64,000 nucleotides of DNA from Chloroflexota bacterium (GTDB lineage: Bacteria; Chloroflexota; Dehalococcoidia; JACPPT01), in assembly GCA_016190815.1 (NCBI GenBank), contig JACPPT010000006.1, positions 2,723 to 66,722 of the forward strand, read 5' to 3'. Positions 8,907 to 21,113 of this stretch are shown here, one piece after another; the first letter of the stretch is position 1; each line of letters begins with the position of its first letter. The notes under the pieces were generated by a model that worked only from the letters and a program-made list of their open reading frames with translations, was not told the DNA's origin and made no database searches. The position numbers and the translations under genes are program-made.

Positions 8907-10847
8907 ATGGAGGCGCAGATGAAAGCCAGGAAAAGCCTGAAAGACAAACCCCTGAAAATAACCGACACCACATTTCGAGATGGACACCAGTCCATCCTGG
9001 CCACTAGAATGCGCACACCCGATATGGAGCCCATCGCCTCTGAAATGGACAAGGCCGGATTCTACTCTATGGAGGTGTGGGGTGGAGCTACCTTCGATGT
9101 GTGCACCAGGTTCCTCAATGAAGACCCTTGGGAAAGAGTTAGAACCCTGAAACGCCTAATGCCCAATACACCATTGCAAATGCTTCTCAGAGGGCAGAAC
9201 CTTACAGGATATCGCAACTACGCCGATGATGTGGTAAGGGCCTTCGTCCACTATGCCGCCGAGGTGGGGATAGACATATTCAGGGTTTTCGACTGTCTCA
9301 ATGACGAGCGAAACATGGAGGTGGCCTTCAAGGCCATAAAGGAGTGCGGCAAGCACGTTCAGGGTACTATCTGTTATTCCCTTACAGAGAGCAAGCTGGG
9401 AGGCCCTGTTTACAACCTGGATTACTTTGTAAAGAAGGCCCTAACCCTGCAGGATATGGGTGCAGATAGTATCTGCGTGAAGGACATGGCCGGTCTCATT
9501 GCCCCCTATGATGCCTACGAACTCATAGGCACTCTCAAAGAAAAGCTGAAGCTACCAGTCCAACTGCACACCCACTACACCAGTGGAATGGGCTCTATGA
9601 GTGCCCTGATGGCTGCCGAAGCGGGTGTGGATATTATCGATACCTCTCTCACCCCCCTCGCCCTGCGCACCAGCCAGCCCGCTGTGGAGCCCATTGTCGT
9701 AGCTCTACAGCGCACGCCCAGAGACACAGGCCTGAACCTGGAGCACCTTCTCAAACTTAGTCAGTACATCGAGTCCATTTGGCCTAAATACAGAGACTTA
9801 CTTGACACCACGAGGATATCAGTAATAGATACCATGGTGCTGAGCCATCAAATCCCAGGTGGCATGGCCAGCAATTTTGTTGCGCAGCTTGCGGAAGCGG
9901 GTGCCCTGGACAAGTTGCAAGAGGTGTACCGGGAACTGCCGCAGACAAGAAGAGACCTGGGGTATCCACCGCTGGTAACCCCATCAAGCCAGATAGTTGG
10001 AATTCAAGCGGTGAGCAATGTCCTCTTCGGCAGATACAAAAATATCTCTGCTCAGGTAAAAGACTACGTCTATGGGCTTTACGGTCATCCACCAGCACCC
10101 ATAGACCCGGAGGTTATCAAGGTAGCCCTCAAGGACTACCAGCGCGGTCACGAGCCCATAACCTGCAGGCCCGCCGATATTTTGGAGCCTGAGATGGAGA
10201 AGGCAAAGGAGGCCACAAAGGGCATAGCTAAAAATATGGGCGACATCCTTATCTACGCCCTCTACCCTGTTACAGGTATGCGCTTCCTTAAGTGGAAATA
10301 CGGCCTGGAGAAGCCACCTGACGATGTTAAACCCAAGACAATGGAGGATGTAAAGAGGGAGAACGAGCTTATAACCAAGGCTAAGAAGGGGCTACTGGTA
10401 GAAAAAGAAGGGAAAGAGGTAAAGGAGATACGAGTCCCAGGTACCAGAGCTCGCAGCTTCAATGTTTACGTAGGAGATGAGTACTTCAGAGTGGATGTGG
10501 AACCCATCCAGCCATCGGGGGCGTCAGGCACCCCTGCGACAGCTCCAGCTTCTGTGCAGACAGTGCTGCCAAGGCCTTCCCTTGTTGATGGGAAGATTGT
10601 ATCCTCTTCAGAGGTTCCACCCCAAGATAAAGGCACACCTGTCATAGCTCCCATGCCTGGCATCGTCCTTCGCTACGAGGCACAGGTAGGTCAAAAGGTC
10701 AAGGCTGGAGACAAGTTCGTTATCTTCGAAGCGATGAAAATGGAGACCGTGATCTCAGCGCCAATAGACGGCATCGTAAAATCCATAAACTTTGCCCCCG
10801 GAACAAAGGTAAATAAAAACGAGGTCCTCGCTGTTATTGTGAGCTAA
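8907..10847 (+). CDS. Transcarboxylase 5S subunit / oxaloacetate decarboxylase alpha-type carboxyltransferase with a fused C-terminal biotinyl (AMKM) domain
   Basis: HMGL-like TIM barrel (TDTTFRDGHQS) with a C-terminal biotin attachment motif EAMKMET. Confidence 0.9.
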   Translation: MEAQMKARKSLKDKPLKITDTTFRDGHQSILATRMRTPDMEPIASEMDKAGFYSMEVWGGATFDVCTRFLNEDPWERVRTLKRLMPNTPLQMLLRGQNLTGYRNYADDVVRAFVHYAAEVGIDIFRVFDCLNDERNMEVAFKAIKECGKHVQGTICYSLTESKLGGPVYNLDYFVKKALTLQDMGADSICVKDMAGLIAPYDAYELIGTLKEKLKLPVQLHTHYTSGMGSMSALMAAEAGVDIIDTSLTPLALRTSQPAVEPIVVALQRTPRDTGLNLEHLLKLSQYIESIWPKYRDLLDTTRISVIDTMVLSHQIPGGMASNFVAQLAEAGALDKLQEVYRELPQTRRDLGYPPLVTPSSQIVGIQAVSNVLFGRYKNISAQVKDYVYGLYGHPPAPIDPEVIKVALKDYQRGHEPITCRPADILEPEMEKAKEATKGIAKNMGDILIYALYPVTGMRFLKWKYGLEKPPDDVKPKTMEDVKRENELITKAKKGLLVEKEGKEVKEIRVPGTRARSFNVYVGDEYFRVDVEPIQPSGASGTPATAPASVQTVLPRPSLVDGKIVSSSEVPPQDKGTPVIAPMPGIVLRYEAQVGQKVKAGDKFVIFEAMKMETVISAPIDGIVKSINFAPGTKVNKNEVLAVIVS

Positions 10848-10922
10848 TGTTCTATGAAAAATCCGGGGGAAATTAAAAAGAACAAGGTAAGACTTAAATA
10901 AAGATTTAAGGAGGTATTTCGG

Positions 10923-12943
<2,021 letters not shown>

Positions 12944-12948
12944 ATAAC

Positions 12949-13791
12949 ATGAGGGATATAAAGGCACCGGATATTGCAGAGACAGTGACTCGCCTCTGCA
13001 AAGAGGCCAACTACTATCTGCCTAAAGACGTGCTGGATGCCCTGCGACAGGCCAGAGAGAAGGAGGAGGCGCCAGCGGCAAAGCAGGTTCTTGATACCGT
13101 TATGAAGAACGCAGAGATAGCTTCCAAAGAGCAGATGCCCCTCTGCCAGGATACAGGCACCACCGTGATTTTCCTGGAGATAGGTCAAAATGTTCACATA
13201 GTGGGGGACCTTCACAAGGCCCTGGAGGAAGGGGTCAGGCAGGGTTACACCCAGGGCCTGCTGCGAGCCTCTATGGTGCGGCAACCTCTCTCCAAGAGAG
13301 TGAACACCAAGGATAATACCCCTCCAGTCGTTCACACAGAAATAGTGCCGGGCGATAAACTGAAGATCGTGGTGTTGCCCAAAGGAGGCGGCTGCGAAAA
13401 CATGAGCAGAATGGCCATTCTCATGCCCGCCGAAGGCCGCAAGGGGGTTATTGATTTCGTGGTTAAGGCTGTGGAGGACGCTGGAGGCAACCCCTGCCCG
13501 CCGGTCATTCTGGGCGTGGGGATAGGTGGAACGTCAGAGCACGTTATGTATCTGGCCAAAAAGGCTATCCTGCGCAAGGTGGGAGAGCCAAACCCTGACC
13601 CAGAGGTGGCCGAACTGGAAAGGGAGCTTCTGGAGCGCGTCAACGCAACGGGCATAGGGCCTCAGGCGTGGGGCGGGAGAGCCACTGCTCTGGCTGTGCA
13701 CGTGGAGACCTATCCCACACATATAACCGCTCTACCAGTCGCGGTCAACTTCCAGTGCCACAGCGCCAGGCAAAGAGAAGCTGTTCTTTGA
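12949..13791 (+). CDS. fumA: Fumarate hydratase class I (Fe-S type), alpha subunit
   Basis: Homology to the L(+)-tartrate dehydratase/fumarase alpha subunit. The start MRDIKAPDIAET was chosen at the ATG after the mdh stop. Confidence 0.85.
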   Translation: MRDIKAPDIAETVTRLCKEANYYLPKDVLDALRQAREKEEAPAAKQVLDTVMKNAEIASKEQMPLCQDTGTTVIFLEIGQNVHIVGDLHKALEEGVRQGYTQGLLRASMVRQPLSKRVNTKDNTPPVVHTEIVPGDKLKIVVLPKGGGCENMSRMAILMPAEGRKGVIDFVVKAVEDAGGNPCPPVILGVGIGGTSEHVMYLAKKAILRKVGEPNPDPEVAELERELLERVNATGIGPQAWGGRATALAVHVETYPTHITALPVAVNFQCHSARQREAVL

Positions 13792-13806
13792 GGAGGAAAG
13801 AAGAGA

Positions 13807-14366
13807 TGGATATTAGTCCTCCGCTAACTGAGGAAGTCCTTGAAAAGCTGAAAGCTGGCGACCAGATAACCATCACAGGAGTCATTTACACGGCCCGGGA
13901 TGCAGCCCATAAGCGCCTCTTCGAGGCTCTGGAAAAAGGTGAAAAGCTTCCCATCGACATCCGGGGGCAAATCCTTTACTACGTAGGCCCTACTCCTCCA
14001 AAGCCGGGACAGGCCATTGGCTCAGCAGGCCCAACCACTTCCGTCCGAATGGACGTTTACACACCCCGTCTTCTGGCCGCAGGACTCAAGGGAACCATTG
14101 GCAAGGGGGCAAGGAGGCCTCCTGTCCGAGAGGCTATGGTCAAGTATAAGGCTGTGTACCTGGGAGCCATCGGCGGGGCCGGCGCCCTGCTCTCCAAACA
14201 TGTTAAGAGAGCAGAGGTAGTAGCCTATGAGGAACTGGGCACCGAGGCTATAAGGCGTCTGGAGGTCGAAAAATTCCCAGTGATCGTGGTGAACGACATC
14301 TACGGCAAGGATGTTTACGAAGAGGGGAAGAAGAAGTATCGGCAGGAGACACCGCTGAAGGCTTAG
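13807..14366 (+). CDS. fumB: Fumarate hydratase class I, beta subunit
   Basis: Homology to the beta subunit. The start MDISPPLTEEV follows the RBS gaggaggaaag. Confidence 0.85.
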
Positions 14367-14387
14367 GCAAGACTGCGTTGAAAGAAG

Positions 14388-14436
14388 AGAAGGCACAAGC
14401 CCCTTGGTCAGCCCAGGGGGCTTGTGCCTTCTTACA
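14388..14436 (+). terminator. Stem-loop downstream of fumB (14-bp perfect stem) with a weak U-tract
   Basis: aaggcacaagcccc/ggggcttgtgcctt followed by tcttac. Confidence 0.45.
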
Positions 14437-14457
14437 GAGGATGGAGGATAATCCGTA

Positions 14458-15342
14458 ATGGGTGAGCTGGCTGCGCTGGGCTCGGCCCTCGTCTGGGCAG
14501 CTAACGGCGTTCTGGTCAAGTCCATGACAAGAGTGTTCAGCGCTCTGCCATTCAATGCTCTGAGGTGTCTTTTTACCGCCCTGCTCTTCTGGGCAATACT
14601 TCTGGCGACAGGTAGAACCGCCACACTCCTGGAGACTCCACTCTGGACAGTTATTGGACTCCTGTTCTCAGCCACCATAGGCATAGGGATTGGAGATACC
14701 GTTTACCTGGTAGGCCTGACAAGTGTAGAGGCATCCAGGGCATACCCCATATCCCTTAGCTCTTATCCCGTCATCACTATGGTTATAGCAGCCCTCTTTC
14801 TGGGCGAGTCCATCACCTTGCCAACGATATTGGGAGCCTTTGCTGTTATTCTTGGTGTTTATCTCGTGGCTTCCTCCCAGCAGAGAGGCAAGGGGCTAGA
14901 TAAGGCCCCAAAAGGACAATTTAGAGGGCTTTTTCTCATATTTGTAGCAGCTTTCTGCTGGGCTGTCTCCATTTCCATTCTCAAGGTTGTATTGGGAAAG
15001 ACCGATGTCCTGATAGTAAACGCCATACGTCTTTCCTGGGTTGTTATTTTGCTTCTGGGACTGTCGGCAAGGGAAATGAAGAAGATGGGCACGTGGCATG
15101 CAAAGAAGTTGGACCTGGGTCTAGGAGCCTTAACCGGCGTTCTGGACTACGTTGTTGGCGGGCTGCTCTTCCTGGTAGCCATTCAAATGGCCGGCGCCGC
15201 CAAAACCTCAATCCTCTTCAGCACGTCGCCTTTATTCCTGCTCCCTATCTCGGCCATTTTTCTTAAAGAAAGAATTGGCCCAAAACACATCCTGGGAGTG
15301 GTTTCAAGCATAGCTGGGATAGCGCTGCTTATGTATAAGTAA
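14458..15342 (+). CDS. DMT-superfamily (EamA-like) transporter
   Basis: 294 aa, about 10 TM segments, with the duplicated EamA pattern. Confidence 0.75.
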   Translation: MGELAALGSALVWAANGVLVKSMTRVFSALPFNALRCLFTALLFWAILLATGRTATLLETPLWTVIGLLFSATIGIGIGDTVYLVGLTSVEASRAYPISLSSYPVITMVIAALFLGESITLPTILGAFAVILGVYLVASSQQRGKGLDKAPKGQFRGLFLIFVAAFCWAVSISILKVVLGKTDVLIVNAIRLSWVVILLLGLSAREMKKMGTWHAKKLDLGLGALTGVLDYVVGGLLFLVAIQMAGAAKTSILFSTSPLFLLPISAIFLKERIGPKHILGVVSSIAGIALLMYK

Positions 15343-16221
15343 CTATGTGGCCACTTTTGCTATGACGCCCCGAGCAGAGACGATGTGGCGCTGGAGCCCC
15401 AAGGCCTTCGGCTCAAACCCCATGGCCAAACCGATGAGCTGCGGCAGGTGCAGAACAGGAAGGTCTATCTTTGCTCCCTTTTGCGCCGAGGCTTTGGGCT
15501 GATAGCCATCCAGATTCAAATGGCAGAGGGGACACGGAGTTACCATGCAGTCTGCGCCCTTGCTCTTTGCCTCTATGGTATGGTCTCCCACCATGGCCAC
15601 CGAGTTCCTTTCGTTGATGGTCAGGATGGGGAAGCCACAACATTTGGTCTTTCCCGTGTAATCCACAGACTCGCCGCCGAGGATGGACACAACCTGCTCT
15701 ATATAGGTCATTCTTGCGGGGTGCTCGTCATAGCCCAGGACACTGCTCGGGCGCAGGATGTAGCATCCATAAAAAGGGGCCACCTTTAATCCCTTAAGGG
15801 GTCTAGACACCAGCGTCTTGAGCTTCTCCAAGCCCATATCCTCCACCAGAATCCATAGAAGGTGTTTTATGAGGGTTCCGCCTTTGTATTCAAACCCCTC
15901 CCCTGCAAGGTTGCTGTTCACCTTTGCCAGGTAGCTCTTGTCAGACTGTAGCTTATGATTTGTCTGGGTCATTACACCCTGACAGGTGCTGCAAATGGTC
16001 ATGATGGGCAGTCCTAAACGCTCAGCCATAGCGAAAGTCCTGGCGTTGAGAGTATCAGCCAGCTCTGGATTCTTCTCGTTAAGGACACCCGCCCCTGTGC
16101 AGGCAGCCTCTTTCAGTTCCACCAGTTCCAGCCCCAGTTTCTGCGCCACAGCCGTAGTGGAGGTGTAAAGCTCCGGGCAGCCGCCTTTGGAAACACAGCC
16201 TGGATAGAAAGCGTATTTCAC
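15343..16221 (-). CDS. Succinate dehydrogenase/fumarate reductase HdrB-like subunit with two CCG domains (type-E SdhE/MfrE-like)
   Basis: Cys-rich CCG motifs (CxxCH-like GCYILRP..CCGFP..CPLCHLN). Immediately downstream of sdhB. Confidence 0.8.
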   Translation of the reverse strand: MKYAFYPGCVSKGGCPELYTSTTAVAQKLGLELVELKEAACTGAGVLNEKNPELADTLNARTFAMAERLGLPIMTICSTCQGVMTQTNHKLQSDKSYLAKVNSNLAGEGFEYKGGTLIKHLLWILVEDMGLEKLKTLVSRPLKGLKVAPFYGCYILRPSSVLGYDEHPARMTYIEQVVSILGGESVDYTGKTKCCGFPILTINERNSVAMVGDHTIEAKSKGADCMVTPCPLCHLNLDGYQPKASAQKGAKIDLPVLHLPQLIGLAMGFEPKALGLQRHIVSARGVIAKVAT

Positions 16222-17168
16222 TTCCTCACCTCCAGCTTCTCGAATATCCTCTTTACACTGTCCGCACCTGGCCTGGGCCTATGTATTATGGGTGGCACCT
16301 TCCCTTTTACCAGAGCTCTAAAGCCCACGGGGATATACCCTATCAAGGCTTTGATGTTGAAGAGGCCAGCGGATTCTATAGGCACACGCAATTCGTCCAG
16401 CCAGCCGCTATGCTTTACGGAACGTGCTATGCTCTCGCTGTGACGAGAGCCGATATTATTGGTGAACCCAACCTCCATTGCCTTGGCGCGAAGGGCCAGA
16501 ATTCTCTCCATGGGTGCTACATTCTTGGGGCATTGCTGAACGCACTCGAAACAGCGAGTGCAATCCCATATGCCCGATCTCTTACTCAGCTCCCTGAGTC
16601 TCTCCTCGCTTACGCCATCTCTTGGATCAGCAACGAACCTGTAGGCTTTGGCAAGAGCCGCTGGGGCCAGGAAGCTCTTATCCACTGTAAGAACGGTGCA
16701 ATCGGATACACAGCACCCACACATTATGCAGTTCATTACACCTGCGAGCTCCAGCATAGCCGAGTTGGGCACAACATATTCCCTTTGCGGCGGTGGGCCC
16801 TCTGGGATGAGCCATGGTGTTACAGCTTGCACCTTACTCCAGAAAGGCTTCATCTCCACAACCAGGTCCTTGATAACAGGCATATTGCCCATAGGCTCGA
16901 CGACTATCTCCCCAGTCTTGGATGCAAAGTTCTGGATTCTGCTCTTACACGCCAGATGGGCATGGCCATTTATATGCATGGCGCAGGAACCGCAAATGGC
17001 GCTGCGACACGAGCAGCGCAAAGCGAGAGAGCCATCTACCTCATCCCGAACTTGAAGGAGAGCATCCAGGACAGTGAAATAATCTGGGACATCCAGAGTG
17101 TACTGATCATAATAGGGTGGCTTTCCGGCTTCGGGGTCGAACCTTCTTACCTTGAAGCTTACTTGCAT
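16218..17168 (-). CDS. sdhB: Succinate dehydrogenase/fumarate reductase iron-sulfur subunit
   Basis: 2Fe-2S and 4Fe-4S cysteine clusters (CSCRSAICGSC, CIMCGCC, CTRCFEC). Confidence 0.9.
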   Translation of the reverse strand: MQVSFKVRRFDPEAGKPPYYDQYTLDVPDYFTVLDALLQVRDEVDGSLALRCSCRSAICGSCAMHINGHAHLACKSRIQNFASKTGEIVVEPMGNMPVIKDLVVEMKPFWSKVQAVTPWLIPEGPPPQREYVVPNSAMLELAGVMNCIMCGCCVSDCTVLTVDKSFLAPAALAKAYRFVADPRDGVSEERLRELSKRSGIWDCTRCFECVQQCPKNVAPMERILALRAKAMEVGFTNNIGSRHSESIARSVKHSGWLDELRVPIESAGLFNIKALIGYIPVGFRALVKGKVPPIIHRPRPGADSVKRIFEKLEVRK

Positions 17169-18841
17169 CAGTAAGTCCTCCTCTCGGGTTGCCAGCGGGT
17201 GATGGTCACCGGCCTGTATTCCAGCCTCGGGCCGTCAGCGGTGCAAAAGGCAAGGGTGTGTTTCAGCCAGTTGTTATCGTCCCGTTGTGGGAAATCCATC
17301 CGGGAGTGAGCACCTCGGCTCTCCTGCCTGGCCAGAGCGCCCGTAGATATAACCTCGGCCAGGTCCAACATAAAGCCTAGCTCTATTGCAGCCAAAAGAT
17401 TTGTGTTGAATACTCTTCCCTTGTGCTGAATATGGACTCCCTTGTAGCGCTCCTTCAGTTCTTTGATTTTATCCACAGCTTTGGCGAGGTTTTCCCTTGT
17501 TCGAAAGATACCCACATTGGCTTTCATTGTGGTTCCCATCTCAAGTCTCAGCTTAGCCGCGGTCTCCCCCCGGTCTTCCCTGGCAAAAAGGGATTTTATG
17601 CGCTTCTCTTCCTCGGCCACAGCGCTCTCAGAGACTGCTGTTGCCGGAACATCGTTCACATAGTCGGCTGCGCCTGCCCCTGCTCTTCTGCCAAAGACCA
17701 CCGTCTCCAGAAGTGAGTTGCCGCCCAGTCTATTGGCTCCGTGAACACTTACACATGCACACTCGCCTGCCGCAAAAAGCCCGGGCAGAGGCGCCTTGCC
17801 TTGTGCGTCAGTCTTGACCCCACCCATCTGGTAGTGCATGCCCGGCCTGACTGGTATCGGCTCTTTTAGCGCATCTATGTCAGCGTAGTCCAAGGCCAGT
17901 TCACGAATCTGCCCTAGCTTTTGCATTATCAATTCTTTCCCCAGATGCCTTAGATCCAGGAGAATACACTCATCAACACCACGACCTTCATCTATCTCCG
18001 TCTGCTCACCCCTGGAGACGACGTCTCGCGCAGCCAGCTCCATCCTCTGGGGAGCATAGCGTCCCATGAACCTCTCCCCCTTGGCATTCACGAGGTAGCC
18101 ACCCTCTCCCCTGGCACCCTCCGTTATCAGAACGCCGCTGGTCTTAAGAGTTGTGGGATGAAACTGCACGAACTCCATATCCATGAGAGGCGAGCCTGCC
18201 CTGTAGGCCAGACTCATGCCGTCTCCGGTGCATATCAGCCCGTTGGTAGTGGGGTGATACACCCTCCCCAGCCCTCCTGTGGCCATGATAACAGCCTTTG
18301 ACCTGATGGCTTCGAGCTTGCCTGTGAGCATATCCATGGCAACGACCCCACAGCAAACTCCGTTTTCTACAATTAGAGAAAGGCAGAACCACTCCTCGTA
18401 GACCTGCACCCCCATCTTCAAAAGCTGCTCATACATCACGTGAAGAATGACCTGGCCCGTTATATCGGAAACAAAGCAGGTCCGTGCGAATCCAGCACCT
18501 CCGAAGGGCCTCTGAGCCAGCTTCCCGTCCTCCCTCCTGTTAAAGGCAACCCCCATATTCTCAAGTTCGATGATGTCAGCAGGTGCTTCTCTGCACAGGG
18601 TTTCTACGGCGTCCTGGTCTCCCAGGTAGTCGCTGCCCTTAACGGTGTCAAAGGAATGATTCTCCCAGGAGTCATTCTCCCCCAGAGCAGCGTTTATGCC
18701 TCCCTGCGCGGCAGCGGAGTGGCTTCTTACCGGGTGGACCTTGGATATGATGGCTACATCAACATTTTTCTTCTTTGCTTCGTAGGCCGCCCGCATACCT
18801 GCCAAGCCTGCGCCTATAATCAGGACATCATGCTGCAACAT
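17168..18841 (-). CDS. sdhA: Succinate dehydrogenase/fumarate reductase flavoprotein subunit
   Basis: FAD-binding N-terminus DVLIIGAGLAG, RSHSAAAQGG His-FAD region, and full length. No signal peptide. Confidence 0.9.
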   Translation of the reverse strand: MLQHDVLIIGAGLAGMRAAYEAKKKNVDVAIISKVHPVRSHSAAAQGGINAALGENDSWENHSFDTVKGSDYLGDQDAVETLCREAPADIIELENMGVAFNRREDGKLAQRPFGGAGFARTCFVSDITGQVILHVMYEQLLKMGVQVYEEWFCLSLIVENGVCCGVVAMDMLTGKLEAIRSKAVIMATGGLGRVYHPTTNGLICTGDGMSLAYRAGSPLMDMEFVQFHPTTLKTSGVLITEGARGEGGYLVNAKGERFMGRYAPQRMELAARDVVSRGEQTEIDEGRGVDECILLDLRHLGKELIMQKLGQIRELALDYADIDALKEPIPVRPGMHYQMGGVKTDAQGKAPLPGLFAAGECACVSVHGANRLGGNSLLETVVFGRRAGAGAADYVNDVPATAVSESAVAEEEKRIKSLFAREDRGETAAKLRLEMGTTMKANVGIFRTRENLAKAVDKIKELKERYKGVHIQHKGRVFNTNLLAAIELGFMLDLAEVISTGALARQESRGAHSRMDFPQRDDNNWLKHTLAFCTADGPRLEYRPVTITRWQPERRTY

Positions 18842-18954
18842 TCTGCACCATCCTTAGCCCTGGATTTGCATTTCCCTATGAGGCAATATTAACCACGAAA
18901 CACCATCGAGGAAGTGTATCACATATGAACACAATCTACAAGCTTTTTTATGAC

Positions 18955-19052
18955 ATCGTTTACAAACCCCGTTCGCCCTGAGCTTTGTCGAAGGGCCGTT
19001 CATGGTTCGACAAGCTCACCACGAACGACTAGAACAGTTGTTAAACGCTCTC
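18955..19052. mobile_element. MITE-like element, family A, copy 1 (about 98 bp, 58-bp identical core, internal extended hairpin)
   Basis: About 93% identical to 37195-37290. The core ccgttcgccctgagctttgtcgaagggccgttcatggttcgacaagctcaccacgaacg contains a nested inverted repeat. Near-direct flank repeats are ttttatgac and ttttgtgac. Confidence 0.6.
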
Positions 19053-19065
19053 TTTTGTGACGGTT

Positions 19066-19623
19066 TCATTTGCGAGGGTCTCTTTCCGTCAATACCATCA
19101 AGAGGCCGGCTATGCTCTTGGAATCTTGAATCTCCCCTTGCCGAATCATCTCAGATATCCTGCTCAAAGGGACGCGAACCACCTCTATCTTTTCATCGAT
19201 ATCCGCTTCAAGAGAGCTTGGTATTAACTGGGTCGCCAAATATAGGTGCATAAGCTCAGTGCTATACCCTGGACTTATATAGAAGGCGCCGATTCTCTCT
19301 ATTTTTTGCGCAGTATGCCCTGTCTCCTCTTGAAGCTCCCTTATTACAGTTTCCTCAGGTTTTTCTCCAGGCTCAACACCCCCTGCGGGCACTTCCAGAA
19401 GGACACGCTCTGCCGGTTTACGGTACTGTCTCACTAGAAGAACGTTCCCCTGGGAGTCCACCGGGATTATAGAGACCGACTCGCTGTGCTCAACTATCTC
19501 TCGCTGGGTAGTTCGGCCGTCAGGCAGCTCAACAGTGTCTATTCTAAGTCCTACGACGTGTCCCTTGTAGATGCGTCGGATCCTAAGTGTCGGCTCTTTA
19601 GACAATTCTTTTTCAGACGCCAA
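19066..19623 (-). CDS. NUDIX hydrolase (ADP-ribose pyrophosphatase-like)
   Basis: Nudix box GGVEPGEKPEETVIRELQEETG. Confidence 0.8.
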   Translation of the reverse strand: MASEKELSKEPTLRIRRIYKGHVVGLRIDTVELPDGRTTQREIVEHSESVSIIPVDSQGNVLLVRQYRKPAERVLLEVPAGGVEPGEKPEETVIRELQEETGHTAQKIERIGAFYISPGYSTELMHLYLATQLIPSSLEADIDEKIEVVRVPLSRISEMIRQGEIQDSKSIAGLLMVLTERDPRK

Positions 19624-19628
19624 CTCAG

Positions 19629-20102
19629 CTAGTCCATATGCCGAATCATAGCGATTTCATCGCAGTCAGGGAACTTCGGGCAGCGGGCACACTCCCCGAA
19701 GACCTTCCTGGGCAGTGTCATTATGTCAACTGTTTGAAACCCGAAGCGCTCGAAGAAACCCGGCCTGTAGGTAAGACAGAACACTAAAGGTATTCCCAGG
19801 GCTTTTGCTTCCTTAAGGCACGCTTCCACTATTTTAGAGCCGACGCCCTGGGACTGGCGTTCCTCTGACACCGCTACAGATTTAACCTCTGCCAAGTCAG
19901 ACCACAATATATGAAGAGCCCCACACCCCAGAACATCCCCCCCATCTCTGACTACAAAGTAGTCTCTCAGGTTTTCGTATATGTCTGTGATGGGGCGATG
20001 CAGCATCTCCCCCTTATCCGCATAATGGTTTACCATCTCATGGATTTTGGGGGCATCCGCAACACTGGCCTTTTCTGCCTTGAGATCCTTCCCTACTTTC
20101 AT
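19629..20102 (-). CDS. GNAT-family N-acetyltransferase (short ArgA-like amino-acid N-acetyltransferase)
   Basis: Acetyl-CoA binding pattern VAVSEERQSQGVGSKIV, 157 aa. Confidence 0.7.
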   Translation of the reverse strand: MKVGKDLKAEKASVADAPKIHEMVNHYADKGEMLHRPITDIYENLRDYFVVRDGGDVLGCGALHILWSDLAEVKSVAVSEERQSQGVGSKIVEACLKEAKALGIPLVFCLTYRPGFFERFGFQTVDIMTLPRKVFGECARCPKFPDCDEIAMIRHMD

Positions 20103-20111
20103 TGTTCCAAG

Positions 20112-20960
20112 CTACTCCCTGTAAGCTAGCCTTTTTGTTAAGGTGGTGAAGAAGTGAGAGGCCGGATTGGCCCTCAGGAATCTGGCACAATGAGGCCCCA
20201 GCATTACTCTGACAATGGCACCGCTCTGAAGCTCCAGATCTATCTGGCCGTCCACGCTGATCATCGCTTGATGACCGGTTCTCACCCTCAACTCCACCTC
20301 TGTCGTTGACGGAAGAATCAGTGCATTCCCCATACTCAGATGGGGTGATATGGGTTTTATGAGCAGGTCTTTGGACTGTGGATACAGGATGGGGCCACCC
20401 GCCGCCAAAGAATACCCAGTGCTCCCTGTAGCGGTGGCAACAATAATTCCGTCTGCCCTATAAGTGGTGAGAAGCCCTCCATCTATGTAGGTCTCTACGT
20501 GTACAACTCTGGAGATGGCGCTCCGCCCAACGACAACGTCGTTTAAGGCGTCGAACACCTTTGAGCCGGGACCAACAGACACGCCTTCACCGGGCGAGAC
20601 AATCTCCACCCTTAGCATAACACGCTCTTCCACCCAGCCCCTGCTTTCAAGGAAGAGGGGCAGCTTCTTCAGAGCATCCTCAGCCCCTAACTCCGTCATA
20701 AAGCCCAGGTGCCCCATATTTATTCCCAGTATGGGTATCGACCAAGGGACTGCCACCCGGGCGACCCTCAGAATGGTGCCATCCCCCCCCACGCTAAGAA
20801 GCAGGTCTGTCCCGTCCATCTGTGCCCGAGCCTTATCCGCTTCCCAAGCAGAACAGACCCAAACCGAACCCTCGCCACTACCCAAGAGCCTTGCCAACTC
20901 GTCAGCTAGAGCCTTGGCCCTGGATAGCCTGGGCTGATATAGTATGCCAAATCTTTTCAC
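20112..20960 (-). CDS. nadK: NAD+ kinase
   Basis: GGDGT motif, NE/D..DG and conserved C-terminal block, 282 aa. Confidence 0.9.
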   Translation of the reverse strand: MKRFGILYQPRLSRAKALADELARLLGSGEGSVWVCSAWEADKARAQMDGTDLLLSVGGDGTILRVARVAVPWSIPILGINMGHLGFMTELGAEDALKKLPLFLESRGWVEERVMLRVEIVSPGEGVSVGPGSKVFDALNDVVVGRSAISRVVHVETYIDGGLLTTYRADGIIVATATGSTGYSLAAGGPILYPQSKDLLIKPISPHLSMGNALILPSTTEVELRVRTGHQAMISVDGQIDLELQSGAIVRVMLGPHCARFLRANPASHFFTTLTKRLAYRE

Positions 20961-21113
20961 TTACCCTTCCCTTTTCTTTCCATTTTATCAAAAGCCAGGA
21001 AGAGAAATCGTGATGAATTCTTCTATGTGGAAGTAATGAATCACCTTGCGAAGTCTAGCATCGCCAATCTGCATTGTCAATGAAAAGAGAACAACTGTAG
21101 CAGAGGAGGTCTT

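Noticed and set aside
19001-19017. Possible tRNA T-arm (catggttcgacaagctcacc) inside repeat A
   Set aside because: There is no acceptor or anticodon stem, and the sequence is part of the dispersed repeat. No tRNA, rRNA or CRISPR array was found anywhere in the window.
19002-19253. ORFs 19002..19253(+) and 36893..37282(+), both containing MVRQAHHERL
   Set aside because: The shared peptide is simply the translation of repeat family A. Both ORFs lie in intergenic DNA or overlap real genes on the other strand, so they are not protein genes.
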